Shown in pieces: positions 16,789 through 26,215 of a stretch of 54,028 nt of DNA (position 1 is the stretch's first letter; each line of letters opens with the position of its first letter). A model generated the notes under the pieces. It had not been told where the DNA came from, ran no database searches, and saw nothing but the letters and a program-made list of their open reading frames with translations. Position numbers and translations under genes: made by a program. The DNA comes from a virus (lineage: Duplodnaviria > Caudoviricetes), in the IMG/VR virus record IMGVR_UViG_3300006754_000024, positions 1 through 54,028 of that record; one strand, given 5' to 3'.

Positions 16789-19722
16789 ATGGTAAGCCCG
16801 TTGAAAGCTGCCGTCAATACCGGCGAGGACTGGTGGGTTCGCTGCAAGAGCGTCCTTCAGTCGAAAGCTCCGGCCTACCCGATCGAAGTATCTCTCGAGT
16901 TCTGCTACCAGGCCCCAGAGTATCACCTTGGATCTCGGTGGTACTCCTTCGATCCTTCATCGCCGGACTCGAGAGAGGAATACCGGTATTGGCCCGTAAT
17001 CGACTTCGATGACAAGGAAGACCCGAAAAAGGCTCTCAAAGAGGCCTATTCCTTCGTTATTGCTGAACTCGACCCGCTGGGGCTCAAGCCAGGACGCGAC
17101 TATTGCGTGGCCGTGTCCGGAACCAAAGGAGCCAAGGTCTTTTTTCTGTGGTTATCTCCACCAGGTAGCGACGGAGCTCAGGTCTGGGGCTCCTACCTCA
17201 AGAGCCTGTCAGAGTCCTACTCCACCCTCGACGCGCAGACGGCTTGGGCTCAGACCTTTCGAGGTCCCTGGAGCCGCCATCCGAAAGACAAGACCAGGTG
17301 GCAGACGGTACTCCACCGACACCCGAGCGTCTTCGTGGCTGATCCAGACTGGTGTCTGCTCCAGACGCGGGTGGGCGATAGGCCGGCTTTCGATACCTGG
17401 CGCGAGTCCCTTCCGAAAACCGAGCGCCCCACAAACGCATTTTCCTCTCTTTGGGAGCGGGCATCCTCGAAGTGGCTCGAGGCGCAGGTGTCTTCTGCGC
17501 AGAGGCCCCGCAGACACTACGAGGCCCGGAAGATGGACATTGGCGGAGTGCTCGCCGCCAACTCAATCGGGAGTAGAGAGTGCATGTCCTGGTCCGGCGA
17601 CCGGTACTGGAGAGTGTCTTCCTGTATCTTCTGCGGCGCGAAGGGCAAAGCGGCAATTAAAGAGCGGTCCGGGTTTTACGATTGCTATCGAGGCTCCTGC
17701 AAGGCCACGTCCGGACTCCCCCTGTCCTCCTGGACGGACGGCCTGGTGGTACCAGACGGCTTTCGGGCAAAGGCGACAGGGGTATATGTCCGCACGCTTC
17801 CCTTGCGCAAAAGGACCGGGCCTCCCCGCGCCAATCTCCTCGCAGCTCGAACAAAACTGATGGAAGAGATATCTCAGGCCGTCGACAACCCACAGGAGGA
17901 ACCCGTTCTGCTCCGTTGCACTCCGGGGCTCGGTAAATCGCACACGGTCCTATCGGTACTCACCGACAGAATCAGAGACGCCTTCCACAAGGGCGAGAAG
18001 CTCAAGGTAGTGGTTGGCACCCAGACGAGGGAGCTCGCCCGCGAACTCATGGAGCGAACGAACGCCTTTGACTTTCCGATGGTGGTTAAGCGGGTGTTCG
18101 TCGAAGGCAGAAACGAAGAGAACTGTTCTTTTCCCAGGCAGATTAGGACGATCGGAGCCCTGGGATGGAGCCCAGGTAAAGCCTTCTGTCCTTCGTGCCC
18201 CTACATGGGGGAATGCGCGTACTATCGCCGGGTAAAGGACGCCGCCGACAAATTCTCGATGGTGTTTACCACTCACGAGCAGGCCAGTACGATGATCGAC
18301 AACGAGATCGTGAAGCCCGACCTGGTGGTGTTCGACGAGGATCCGCTCCGCTCCATGGAACACCCGCTCTCGCTTGGGATCCGCGACATCCGAAGATCCG
18401 CCGTCGATCGTCCGGAGCCCGTAGAGGCCGCTGGAGCTCTTCTGCTCTCCGTAATGCAGTCTGCCCTCCCCCTGGTCCCTCCTAACGGCTCAATCGAGCT
18501 CAGAGGCCCCGCGTTGGTGGAAAGACTGGACGCTCTATGGGAACAGGTACGCACCAGCGACGATCGAGGGTGGAGAGACGTGTTTATCGAGGCCGTGGCT
18601 CTTGCTCCAATGATGGAGCCCACAGGAGGCGTCCTGGCGGGTGCCACTACCGCCACTATCCGAGCCCTACTGCCCCGAAACTTTTTTCGGCTCCTCGAGC
18701 AGCTGGTACGCGAAGGAAAACGCACTGAGCCCGAATGGAACTCTCCTTGTCGCCTGGTGGTGAAGTCTTCAGGAATCATCTACTGGGAAGCGACCTTCAG
18801 AATCCGTCCCGCCTCTTTTCTTCCAGACCTGGTCCTCGACGCATACGGAGATCGAACCCTTTACGAAAACCTATTCGGAGCTCCGTTCAAGGAAGTCCAT
18901 ATCCGAGCTGAGCTCGAGCGCTCGCGGTTCTGGTATGTTCCCGTCCGCACCAGTAGGGAGGCGCTCTCGGATAAGACCTCAGCTGCCTGGACGGAGCTCG
19001 AGCGGGTAGTCGCGTCGCTGGAGAAGACGGGCAGGGTATTGGTGGGAACCTACCTGGCCTTTGCTGCTGAGGTGAAAAAGCGGTTCCCCGAGGTGGAGCT
19101 CTACCATTTCGGACGTGGAAGAGGGATCGACACCTATGGGGATATCGAGTCGGTGGTGTTGTTTGGAGTGCCTCAGCCTCCGGAGCAGGCCTTGTTTCAA
19201 CGCTCTACCTTCTACTTTCAAGACGATAGCAGCCCTATCTCGATGGCCAAACACCCGGACAACCCGCGCCTATTCGCTGACGTGCGAGTGCAGAGGACGA
19301 TGGACGCTATGCGGGAAAGCGAGGCGGCTCAGGTCGCCCACCGTGTGCGTCCAGTTAACGCGGCGCGGAATATCGTTTCGATGGGCCTGGTGGACTACCC
19401 GACTCTTCCCGAGCCTGCGCCTTTTCCGAAATCCCCCCACGCGCCGCATATCGCAGCGATGGAGCAGTGGGTGTCGAATTGGTTCGAGACCCATGGGTGG
19501 TTTACTCCTGCGCTCATCGGGGAGAAGGTTTGCCCTCTCGAGCCCATTCCGAAACGGGCCGCATCGAAACTGTGGCGGAAGCTCTTTCCGACGGGACGCC
19601 GGTCCTTGTCTCCGGATCGACGGCTTTCGGCTCGGCCAGTGTGGGGCGACAGAGAGGCCGCTCGAGAGTGGGCTCGAGGCGTAGCTCGAGAACAAGGCAT
19701 CGAGGACTGGGAGTCTATCTAA
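16789..19722 (+). CDS. Primase-helicase fusion (AEP-like primase, Zn finger, SF2-like helicase with a Cys cluster)
   Basis: IDFDD, SGTKG, FRGPWSRHPK; CIFC...CYRGSC; TPGLGKS Walker A; C..CPSCPY...C; VVFDE. Start may be 16708 or 16789. Confidence 0.75.
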   Translation: MVSPLKAAVNTGEDWWVRCKSVLQSKAPAYPIEVSLEFCYQAPEYHLGSRWYSFDPSSPDSREEYRYWPVIDFDDKEDPKKALKEAYSFVIAELDPLGLKPGRDYCVAVSGTKGAKVFFLWLSPPGSDGAQVWGSYLKSLSESYSTLDAQTAWAQTFRGPWSRHPKDKTRWQTVLHRHPSVFVADPDWCLLQTRVGDRPAFDTWRESLPKTERPTNAFSSLWERASSKWLEAQVSSAQRPRRHYEARKMDIGGVLAANSIGSRECMSWSGDRYWRVSSCIFCGAKGKAAIKERSGFYDCYRGSCKATSGLPLSSWTDGLVVPDGFRAKATGVYVRTLPLRKRTGPPRANLLAARTKLMEEISQAVDNPQEEPVLLRCTPGLGKSHTVLSVLTDRIRDAFHKGEKLKVVVGTQTRELARELMERTNAFDFPMVVKRVFVEGRNEENCSFPRQIRTIGALGWSPGKAFCPSCPYMGECAYYRRVKDAADKFSMVFTTHEQASTMIDNEIVKPDLVVFDEDPLRSMEHPLSLGIRDIRRSAVDRPEPVEAAGALLLSVMQSALPLVPPNGSIELRGPALVERLDALWEQVRTSDDRGWRDVFIEAVALAPMMEPTGGVLAGATTATIRALLPRNFFRLLEQLVREGKRTEPEWNSPCRLVVKSSGIIYWEATFRIRPASFLPDLVLDAYGDRTLYENLFGAPFKEVHIRAELERSRFWYVPVRTSREALSDKTSAAWTELERVVASLEKTGRVLVGTYLAFAAEVKKRFPEVELYHFGRGRGIDTYGDIESVVLFGVPQPPEQALFQRSTFYFQDDSSPISMAKHPDNPRLFADVRVQRTMDAMRESEAAQVAHRVRPVNAARNIVSMGLVDYPTLPEPAPFPKSPHAPHIAAMEQWVSNWFETHGWFTPALIGEKVCPLEPIPKRAASKLWRKLFPTGRRSLSPDRRLSARPVWGDREAAREWARGVAREQGIEDWESI

Positions 19723-19752
19723 ATTCTGCTGGTCGCCGATTGTCGAGCTCGG

Positions 19753-19814
19753 AAGGAGATAGTACAAGGCTCCTTTATAAAGAGTCTATTAAAAGAGCCC
19801 TGTACTATCTCCTT
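19753..19814. repeat. Long inverted repeat (candidate origin, recombination site or bidirectional terminator)
   Basis: AAGGAGATAGTACAAGGCTC...GAGCCCTGTACTATCTCCTT; 19 of 20 bases pair; AT-rich centre. Confidence 0.8.
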
Positions 19815-19999
19815 TCTTCCTCCTCTTTCGGCGACCACGCTCTGGACTCGTCAACAAAACAAAAACTGCCGGCGATACCCGCGAGGAGGACAAATATTGT
19901 CCCGGTTATGATTCGCCAGTTCGGAATCAAGACAGTGTCCGATGTAAAGAGCTGCACGTAGGCCTCGAGTATGTCTTGGTGGAGGTGGTGTCGTAGCAC
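19805..19999 (-). CDS. Possible small membrane protein
   Basis: GTG start overlaps the upstream TAG; one hydrophobic stretch. Confidence 0.35.
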   Translation of the reverse strand: MLRHHLHQDILEAYVQLFTSDTVLIPNWRIITGTIFVLLAGIAGSFCFVDESRAWSPKEEEERR

Positions 20000-20355
20000 T
20001 ACTCGCCTTCCCTTTCCAGCTGAGCAAGGAAGGCCATCCGGCCCCAGGCGGATTTACCGAAAGACTTTCCGTGTTCTCGGCGCCGTTTTGCGATTGCTCG
20101 CTTGATCCTGTCCTCGGTGGCCTGGTCGATCACGACGTTCACGTATATCCGGCCTCTCGCTGGCGACGGTTTGGGACTCTTCGGAGCTCGCTTTGATGGG
20201 GATGGAGCTCGAGGCGTCGGCGCAGCGGATTGAGGTACCCTCTCAACGGTGTGAGTAGGTGTGTGTTTCGGCTCGACAGTATCCGCCGTCGGCGTTTTCG
20301 CCGTTTTCCACGAGTTGAGACGTTCGATGGTGCTGCGTTTTTTTCTGTGAGACAT
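19999..20355 (-). CDS. Putative ribbon-helix-helix DNA-binding protein
   Basis: Start MSHRKK at 20355; disordered N-half; C-terminal IYVNVVID-helix-helix. Confidence 0.55.
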   Translation of the reverse strand: MSHRKKRSTIERLNSWKTAKTPTADTVEPKHTPTHTVERVPQSAAPTPRAPSPSKRAPKSPKPSPARGRIYVNVVIDQATEDRIKRAIAKRRREHGKSFGKSAWGRMAFLAQLEREGE

Positions 20356-20425
20356 CTTCTCACCATAGCCTGTTGGATTATTCCGAGCTACGTGGTACAC
20401 CTGATCCACAAAAGGGGGTGTCGGT

Positions 20426-22144
20426 TTGGCACGCAGGAAAAAGGCTGAGGTCCAGGAAGAGACAATCGAAGAAGTGCTGGAACACTTCGATCCGCTCGAG
20501 GGTGAGGAGGAGATAGATGCGGAGATGGACATGATGAACGATCCGTCGGTTACCCATCTACCGGACCACCACCATGTGGGCGGTGTCGGTTGGTCTTCTC
20601 AGCACGATGTGTTTTCCGAGAGCTCCGTGAACACGGGAACGTCGGCCGCCTCTCCCCTCTTTTCTCACGCGGCGGCCTTCCCCCAGGCGAAGCAGCTGCG
20701 GGTGTGGCAGGTTGTCGAGGGGGTCGAACACGGCCTCGGAGTCGTAGGGATCCACGCTTCTGAAGAGGAGTTCGTTCGGAAATTCCTGTCCGCGATGCCT
20801 GGCCGCTTCAAACTTCGTCCTATCGACGTAAACGGAAGATATGTGGGCCAGGAGTTCACCTTAGTGATCAGCGAACACCACAGTGCTCTTGCGCGGGTTC
20901 GCGGAGCGGGAGCTCCTGCGTCTACCCAGCCTCACATGGGGGAACATATGTTCGCCTTTATGGAGAAGATGAACCAGGCCCAGGAGACCCGAATCCAACG
21001 CCTCCTCGAGCAGCTCGAGTCTGAACGCAACACGGTAAGCAGCGAGCGGGCCGAGCTCGCGGAAGAGCGGATCGCTCTCGCCAGTAATGCAGCGAGCGGA
21101 GTACAGGCCGTGTCGGAGAGGATGATGCAGTCCGACCAGGCTCGGCAGGATCAAATCACCCAGACACTCACCGGGATCTTCAATCAACAGATTCAAATGA
21201 TGCAGATGACGGGAGAGTCGGAGCGCCAGCGTCACCAGCAGGCCATGGACCGACTCCGGCAGGAACAAACCTTTTCAATCGAGCGGGAGAGGGACCGGGT
21301 AACCCGTGAACGTGAACGCGAACGTGAATGGAATGTCGAGCGCCAGAAAGAAAGGGACCGTAGATCGGATGCAGAACGCGACGAGCTCCGACAGCGAGAG
21401 CGGCTACGCAAAAACGAGATGGATCTCTCTCTGCAACGCGAGCGAGAACACGCGGAACGCATGATGTCTCTTCAAAAGACGGACGGAGCTCTCGGACCAG
21501 TCAAGAAACTACTCGGTGAGTTCGGAATGAAGCCCATGGACGTTATCGAGATGATGCGCGGAAACAACGACGCGGCGGATCCCACCCTGGGAACGACAAT
21601 CGTGAAAGGAATCACAGAAGTCGGAAAATCGTTCGCGGACGCGGCCAAGTCCAACGTAGAGGCTCAAGCTCAGGTAGCCCAAGCTCAGGCCGTAGCGCTC
21701 CAGGCGCAGGCCCAGCTCCCCTACTACGAGGATGAGGAAGGTCCGGCGGAGCCCGAACAGGAACCCCTGGAGGCAGGGGCGCGATACAGCACCCAGAACC
21801 CAGCGGTGGCGCAGGCCTTCTCAGCGGACGCTCCTCCACCTACTCAGGCGGCTCCTGTAGGCCCAGCGCAGACTACTAAGATCAATCTTCCCCTTCCCGT
21901 ACTGCGTCGAGCTCGAAAGGCTGTGAGAGACATGATCGGCCGTTGTATGGCTGCTCCCGAACCTCAATGGGAGGAAATTATCACGACTGGGATTATGTCC
22001 GAAGTCTCTGTCATCGACTACGTGGCTGCGGCCAGTATGAGGCGAGCTCTGATCGAGTGCGGAGCAGATGCCGCGTTCGCTCAACGGATGATTGCCGCTA
22101 TCGACTCTTCCGGCCTGGTTCCGGAAGGTATTCCTCGGGGGTAG
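20426..22144 (+). CDS. Large coiled-coil protein at the start of the structural region
   Basis: TTG start; central E/R/Q-rich coiled coil; Pro/Ala linker; helical C-terminal domain. Confidence 0.75.
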   Translation: MARRKKAEVQEETIEEVLEHFDPLEGEEEIDAEMDMMNDPSVTHLPDHHHVGGVGWSSQHDVFSESSVNTGTSAASPLFSHAAAFPQAKQLRVWQVVEGVEHGLGVVGIHASEEEFVRKFLSAMPGRFKLRPIDVNGRYVGQEFTLVISEHHSALARVRGAGAPASTQPHMGEHMFAFMEKMNQAQETRIQRLLEQLESERNTVSSERAELAEERIALASNAASGVQAVSERMMQSDQARQDQITQTLTGIFNQQIQMMQMTGESERQRHQQAMDRLRQEQTFSIERERDRVTREREREREWNVERQKERDRRSDAERDELRQRERLRKNEMDLSLQREREHAERMMSLQKTDGALGPVKKLLGEFGMKPMDVIEMMRGNNDAADPTLGTTIVKGITEVGKSFADAAKSNVEAQAQVAQAQAVALQAQAQLPYYEDEEGPAEPEQEPLEAGARYSTQNPAVAQAFSADAPPPTQAAPVGPAQTTKINLPLPVLRRARKAVRDMIGRCMAAPEPQWEEIITTGIMSEVSVIDYVAAASMRRALIECGADAAFAQRMIAAIDSSGLVPEGIPRG

Positions 22145-22145
22145 G

Positions 22146-22535
22146 ATGCAAGTTCAAATTACGATGGAAGCAGGCGAACTCACAGAGACCGTCCTACATG
22201 CTTTGAGACTTTTGGGGTCTGGAGCTCAGGACCCATCGGTGTCGCTCTCCCCTCCCGCTATTTCGGACTACGACCTGGCCCAAGGCAAATTGCAGGCGGA
22301 GGGCCTCGTGGAAGCATGGACATCGGGATGGGGCGTGGCGGGGGAAGAGATCGACCGGGTCCGCATTCTCTCCACCTTTCTCAACGGCGTAGGGGGCAAG
22401 GACCTCATGGGGTACCTCCGGCACGAGGGAAAAAGCACACGGAACCTTATTGAAGCCGGAGCCACGGAAGAAATGGCGGGAAACATTATCGCAGTCGGAG
22501 CAGCGTCTCTACTGTGGGAAACACACAGCACCTAA
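22146..22535 (+). CDS. Hypothetical protein
   Basis: ATG directly after the upstream TAG. Confidence 0.6.
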   Translation: MQVQITMEAGELTETVLHALRLLGSGAQDPSVSLSPPAISDYDLAQGKLQAEGLVEAWTSGWGVAGEEIDRVRILSTFLNGVGGKDLMGYLRHEGKSTRNLIEAGATEEMAGNIIAVGAASLLWETHST

Positions 22536-22548
22536 TCAGGAGGGCACG

Positions 22549-23073
22549 ATGCCTATCGAAGAAGGAATTTCTAACTACGTCTGCGACCTTAGCGGTCTCA
22601 GCGCACCCGGCATCGACGCCGACCCGAACGAAAACGATCCTATGGGCGACATGCCGGTGGGCTGGACGCTTGTCCACGTACAGACGCGAGTGATCAATCC
22701 TCGCTACCTAACCATAATGAAGGCGCGGAACGCAGCTGCGGAAACGATGATCGCTCAGTCGGGTATCGACGCGACAGACCTCGACGGAGCCAACATCGTC
22801 GAGGTTATGGTCGACGCCCAGTTTTCTCCGATGCTCGAGCGGGAGCCCCAGTTCCTCACCGATGAGAGCGAGCTCGTAGTTCATCCGGATTATCTTCAGG
22901 AGCTCGTTAGCGGACTGGGACTCGAGGAGGGCACCCTTCCCATTCCCATGACTCCCGACGAATTCGAGGAAGAAGAAGAGGAGGAGGAAGAAGAAGAGGA
23001 AGAAGAGGAAAAGGCGCAAGAAGAGCCCGCAGCTAAGCCGAAGGCAAAGCGGAAGCGGAAGGCAGCCTCCTAA
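22549..23073 (+). CDS. Acidic protein with a poly-Glu tract and basic tail
   Basis: AGGAGG RBS; 15 consecutive Glu (22966-23010), then KPKAKRKRK. Confidence 0.75.
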   Translation: MPIEEGISNYVCDLSGLSAPGIDADPNENDPMGDMPVGWTLVHVQTRVINPRYLTIMKARNAAAETMIAQSGIDATDLDGANIVEVMVDAQFSPMLEREPQFLTDESELVVHPDYLQELVSGLGLEEGTLPIPMTPDEFEEEEEEEEEEEEEEEKAQEEPAAKPKAKRKRKAAS

Positions 23074-23113
23074 GCAGGTGGAAAAATACGGAGCAGTGGG
23101 GTAGGGTTTACGC

Positions 23114-23923
23114 ATGAGACTCCCTCCCCCACCCTCCGGTACCGCTGTGCGCCGCGTTCGTTTCCGCGAAGGCGCACCTATCGCCGGCCATGAAGTGTTC
23201 GAGCTCCCCCAGTGGAACGGGATGTCGGACAAGAAACGAGTGGCCTACATCCGAAAGCTCGTGAAGCAATACGGGAGAGACCCACGTATTCGCGAGCAAG
23301 CCGTCGCCATTATCAAGGAGGCGAATGCGCCTCCTCGCGACTACCAGGCGCAAGCGGCTGCTCTCCTTCACTGGGTGAATCAGAATATCTATTACGTAAA
23401 CGAACCCGCTGAGCTGTTACAAAGCGCCTGGCGGACCCTTCAGGTTCGATCGGGCGACTGCGACGATTGTCACATCGTTCTGAGCTCGCTCGCGGAGTCC
23501 ATTCGTCTCCCGTGGAAGACGGTTCTTAGCGGAAACAGGAACGGCCAGCGCGTTCGCTGGATCGAGGGCACTCCCGAACCGAAGGGAGTGAAATGGGCGC
23601 ACATATATACCCTGCTCGGTTGGCCTCCCTTTCGGCCTCAACAGTGGATGCTGGCTGATCCGTCACTCCGCAACAGCTATCTCGGGTGGGACATCGTGAA
23701 CGCTCCAGGGATGCCTCCGGTCCCAGGAGCTCCCCCAGAAGCGATGCCTGAAATGAGCGGATACGGGGCTACCGAGTTCGGGCCGGTCCAAGACGGAGAG
23801 GTCGAGGCAATCGTACAGGATGCGAAGCGAAAAGCCCGGTGGGAATCCATCGACTGGAAGAGCGTAGCGACGCTCGGTATCCCCGTTTTCGTTTTCCTGA
23901 TGGTATTGGCCCGCCAGAAATGA
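23114..23923 (+). CDS. Transglutaminase-like cysteine protease (candidate maturation protease), membrane-anchored
   Basis: GDCDD (Cys), WAHIY (His), LADP (Asp) triad; MSGYG before the C-terminal TM. Confidence 0.8.
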   Translation: MRLPPPPSGTAVRRVRFREGAPIAGHEVFELPQWNGMSDKKRVAYIRKLVKQYGRDPRIREQAVAIIKEANAPPRDYQAQAAALLHWVNQNIYYVNEPAELLQSAWRTLQVRSGDCDDCHIVLSSLAESIRLPWKTVLSGNRNGQRVRWIEGTPEPKGVKWAHIYTLLGWPPFRPQQWMLADPSLRNSYLGWDIVNAPGMPPVPGAPPEAMPEMSGYGATEFGPVQDGEVEAIVQDAKRKARWESIDWKSVATLGIPVFVFLMVLARQK

Positions 23924-24627
23924 GCTACCACGGATGTCGGGATATCGACTGCGTGAATCAGGACGCGCTCCATAACAAAGGGCCGCGTGTCCTCTCCGAA
24001 TCTGGAGAGCGCATGCAGATCCATGGGCGCAGGGGGTGGTGGTTCCCGGCCCACGCAAACAACTTCAGTACCAGGTCGAGAACTAAGGCTGACATCAATC
24101 GAATCGTCATCCATACCGCCGAAGGCTACACCGGGGGGCTGAAGACGTTTCAAGAGCCGGACCGGGGAGGAAGCGCCCACTACGCCGTGCAGTGGGACGG
24201 CCAGGTGGCGCAGATGGTGGACGATAAGGATATTGCCTGGCACGCGGGAAACTGGTCCTACAACGCCGACAGCATCGGGATTGAACACGTAGGGTTTGCT
24301 CATGCCATGGAGCCCAGGAGATCGGGAAGTCCGATCGCGTGGAGCCAGAAGATGCTCAACTCGAGCGCCTGGTTGACAGCGAAGCTCGCCAAGAAATACA
24401 AGGTCCCGCTCGATCGAGAACATATTATCGGCCATGTCGAGGTGCCGAGCCAAACCCACTCCGACCCAGGAGACAATTGGCCGTGGGCCTGGTATATGGC
24501 TCGGGTGAGATACTATTATTACAGGCCTTGGATCTGGGGCGGTCTCGCTCTCCTCATGTTTGGAGTTTTCGGGAAGCAGGTTCATTCACGCAAGAAACGC
24601 AGAATACAGAGCTGGGAGACGTACTGA
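23920..24627 (+). CDS. N-acetylmuramoyl-L-alanine amidase (Amidase_2) with a C-terminal membrane anchor
   Basis: IVIHTAEG, SAHY, AWHAG, SIGIEH, IIGH, HSDPG; C-terminal TM plus RKKRR. Confidence 0.9.
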   Translation: MSYHGCRDIDCVNQDALHNKGPRVLSESGERMQIHGRRGWWFPAHANNFSTRSRTKADINRIVIHTAEGYTGGLKTFQEPDRGGSAHYAVQWDGQVAQMVDDKDIAWHAGNWSYNADSIGIEHVGFAHAMEPRRSGSPIAWSQKMLNSSAWLTAKLAKKYKVPLDREHIIGHVEVPSQTHSDPGDNWPWAWYMARVRYYYYRPWIWGGLALLMFGVFGKQVHSRKKRRIQSWETY

Positions 24628-24986
24628 TGGGAGCTGGCGGAGTAGAACTACCCAATTTCATTACAAGGGAATCGGTCGAATGGGCACATGGCCAGGCCAT
24701 CCGAGCTCAAGAAGGCGGGAGAGCCGGAATCGCTCAGGCTGGAATGAGAGCGGCTCGAGCTCGAGATCCTCTTTTGCTCAAGACCCTCGATGCCGGAGCT
24801 GAGATTCTTCAAGAGATCAACGCTGAGCAGCAGGGGAACAATGTCCTGAGCTCGGGGGAACGGATCGACGCTACGGAGTTCTCTCTGTGGAGAGAGGCGT
24901 TCAAGAGCGCCGACGAGGGACAACCGATGGAACAGTTCTGCTGGATCTACGGGGCGGCTGCGCTTCTTTCTGGACTGGCCCATTGA
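24627..24986 (+). CDS. Hypothetical protein
   Basis: TGATG coupling at 24627. Confidence 0.55.
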   Translation: MGAGGVELPNFITRESVEWAHGQAIRAQEGGRAGIAQAGMRAARARDPLLLKTLDAGAEILQEINAEQQGNNVLSSGERIDATEFSLWREAFKSADEGQPMEQFCWIYGAAALLSGLAH

Positions 24987-24987
24987 A

Positions 24988-25731
24988 ATGTCCAGAGGAC
25001 TTCCGAGAGGAGAACCAGTCTGTTTAACCGAGGAAGGAGACGGATATTATCTCAACGAAGGAGCTCTGGACTACGAGTGGTGCCTCGAGGAAAACGAGAT
25101 CGAGGCTCTCACTCAAAAAAAAGAGCTCTACAACAGCTTGTTGCGGAACTTCGCGGCCGGAGACATAGACAGGCTTCACTTTGGAAATATGCCCGACTGG
25201 GAAAATTTCCTAAATAACTCCTTCGTACTTGCCGAGCTCGAGCGTGGAAAGGCTGCGACCGACGCGGCCACAGTTGGAGCCTACAACGCGATTCGATCGG
25301 ATCTCATCGACAGGTACCAATATAAAGCGAAGATCCTGGGCAGCGACGGACAGGAGTTCGTTTTTGCCCATCCTGTCGCCATGGGTCCAGCCTTCGGGGA
25401 AATCAGACGCCTACTAATCGGGATGGGCGCGTCGAAGACAGCCGACACGGTACGCGACCTGGCCACCAAATACTGGGAACAAGAAAAGAATTATCACCCC
25501 GGAGGGCGGTTTTTCCAAGAGAGCGAGGTCTGGAAGCGTTTCGGTCCTAAGCCGAAAACGTCCGCGCCCAAGTCCTCGAGCGACTACCAGCCGCCGGCCA
25601 ACCCTGGAGCTCCCCAAAACGCACCCATCTACAGGAAGCCGGTTTTCTGGGCGATAGTGGGCGGAGCTCTGCTTCTGCTTGGAGGCCTGGTGGCAACGTC
25701 TCGCAGGAGTCGAGCCAGAACGGGGTACTGA
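24988..25731 (+). CDS. Tail-anchored membrane protein
   Basis: Pro-rich linker, VFWAIVGGALLLLGGLVA, SRRSRAR. Confidence 0.7.
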   Translation: MSRGLPRGEPVCLTEEGDGYYLNEGALDYEWCLEENEIEALTQKKELYNSLLRNFAAGDIDRLHFGNMPDWENFLNNSFVLAELERGKAATDAATVGAYNAIRSDLIDRYQYKAKILGSDGQEFVFAHPVAMGPAFGEIRRLLIGMGASKTADTVRDLATKYWEQEKNYHPGGRFFQESEVWKRFGPKPKTSAPKSSSDYQPPANPGAPQNAPIYRKPVFWAIVGGALLLLGGLVATSRRSRARTGY

Positions 25732-26135
25732 TGGCGAAGCTATTCGAGCTGGCTCACCAGGTCTACCTCGAGGCGGCCGACGCCTTTCCTGAGATCCCGG
25801 ATATTCGTCTGGTGGTGACAACGGACGCAGGGATGAAGGGCCGGAGCTATGCGTATTTCGAGACTCCCGACTGCGTCCTTGGGGTCAGTCCTCGGCTCCT
25901 TACCGCCGAACCAACACGGCAGCTCGGAGTCCTCCGGCATGAACTGGGACATGCGATCCATTTCGCTTATGGACGAGAAGCCTTGTCGGAGCTGCCTATA
26001 GTTTTGCCCAAGTCCGACGAGCGCCTCGCAGACGTATTGGCAGAACTCGTCTGGGGCACTCCCATCTATTACGATGAGGAGCTCGTGCAGAACGTCGATG
26101 GGGGGGTGGCTCCCCGTCCCTCGGAGCTCGGATAG
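25731..26135 (+). CDS. Zincin-like HExxH metalloprotease
   Basis: VLRHELGHAIH followed by ERLAD (likely third-ligand Glu). Confidence 0.75.
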   Translation: MAKLFELAHQVYLEAADAFPEIPDIRLVVTTDAGMKGRSYAYFETPDCVLGVSPRLLTAEPTRQLGVLRHELGHAIHFAYGREALSELPIVLPKSDERLADVLAELVWGTPIYYDEELVQNVDGGVAPRPSELG

Positions 26136-26215
26136 CGAACCTTGCGTCCAAGCTCGAAATAGAGTAACTTCGTTGCGAGTGTGGACCTTCCCTGGATGCC
26201 CGAAAGGGTTCCGAT

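Noticed and set aside
20426-22144. Coiled-coil protein as a tail tape measure
   Set aside because: No tail or head genes present; its function is left unassigned
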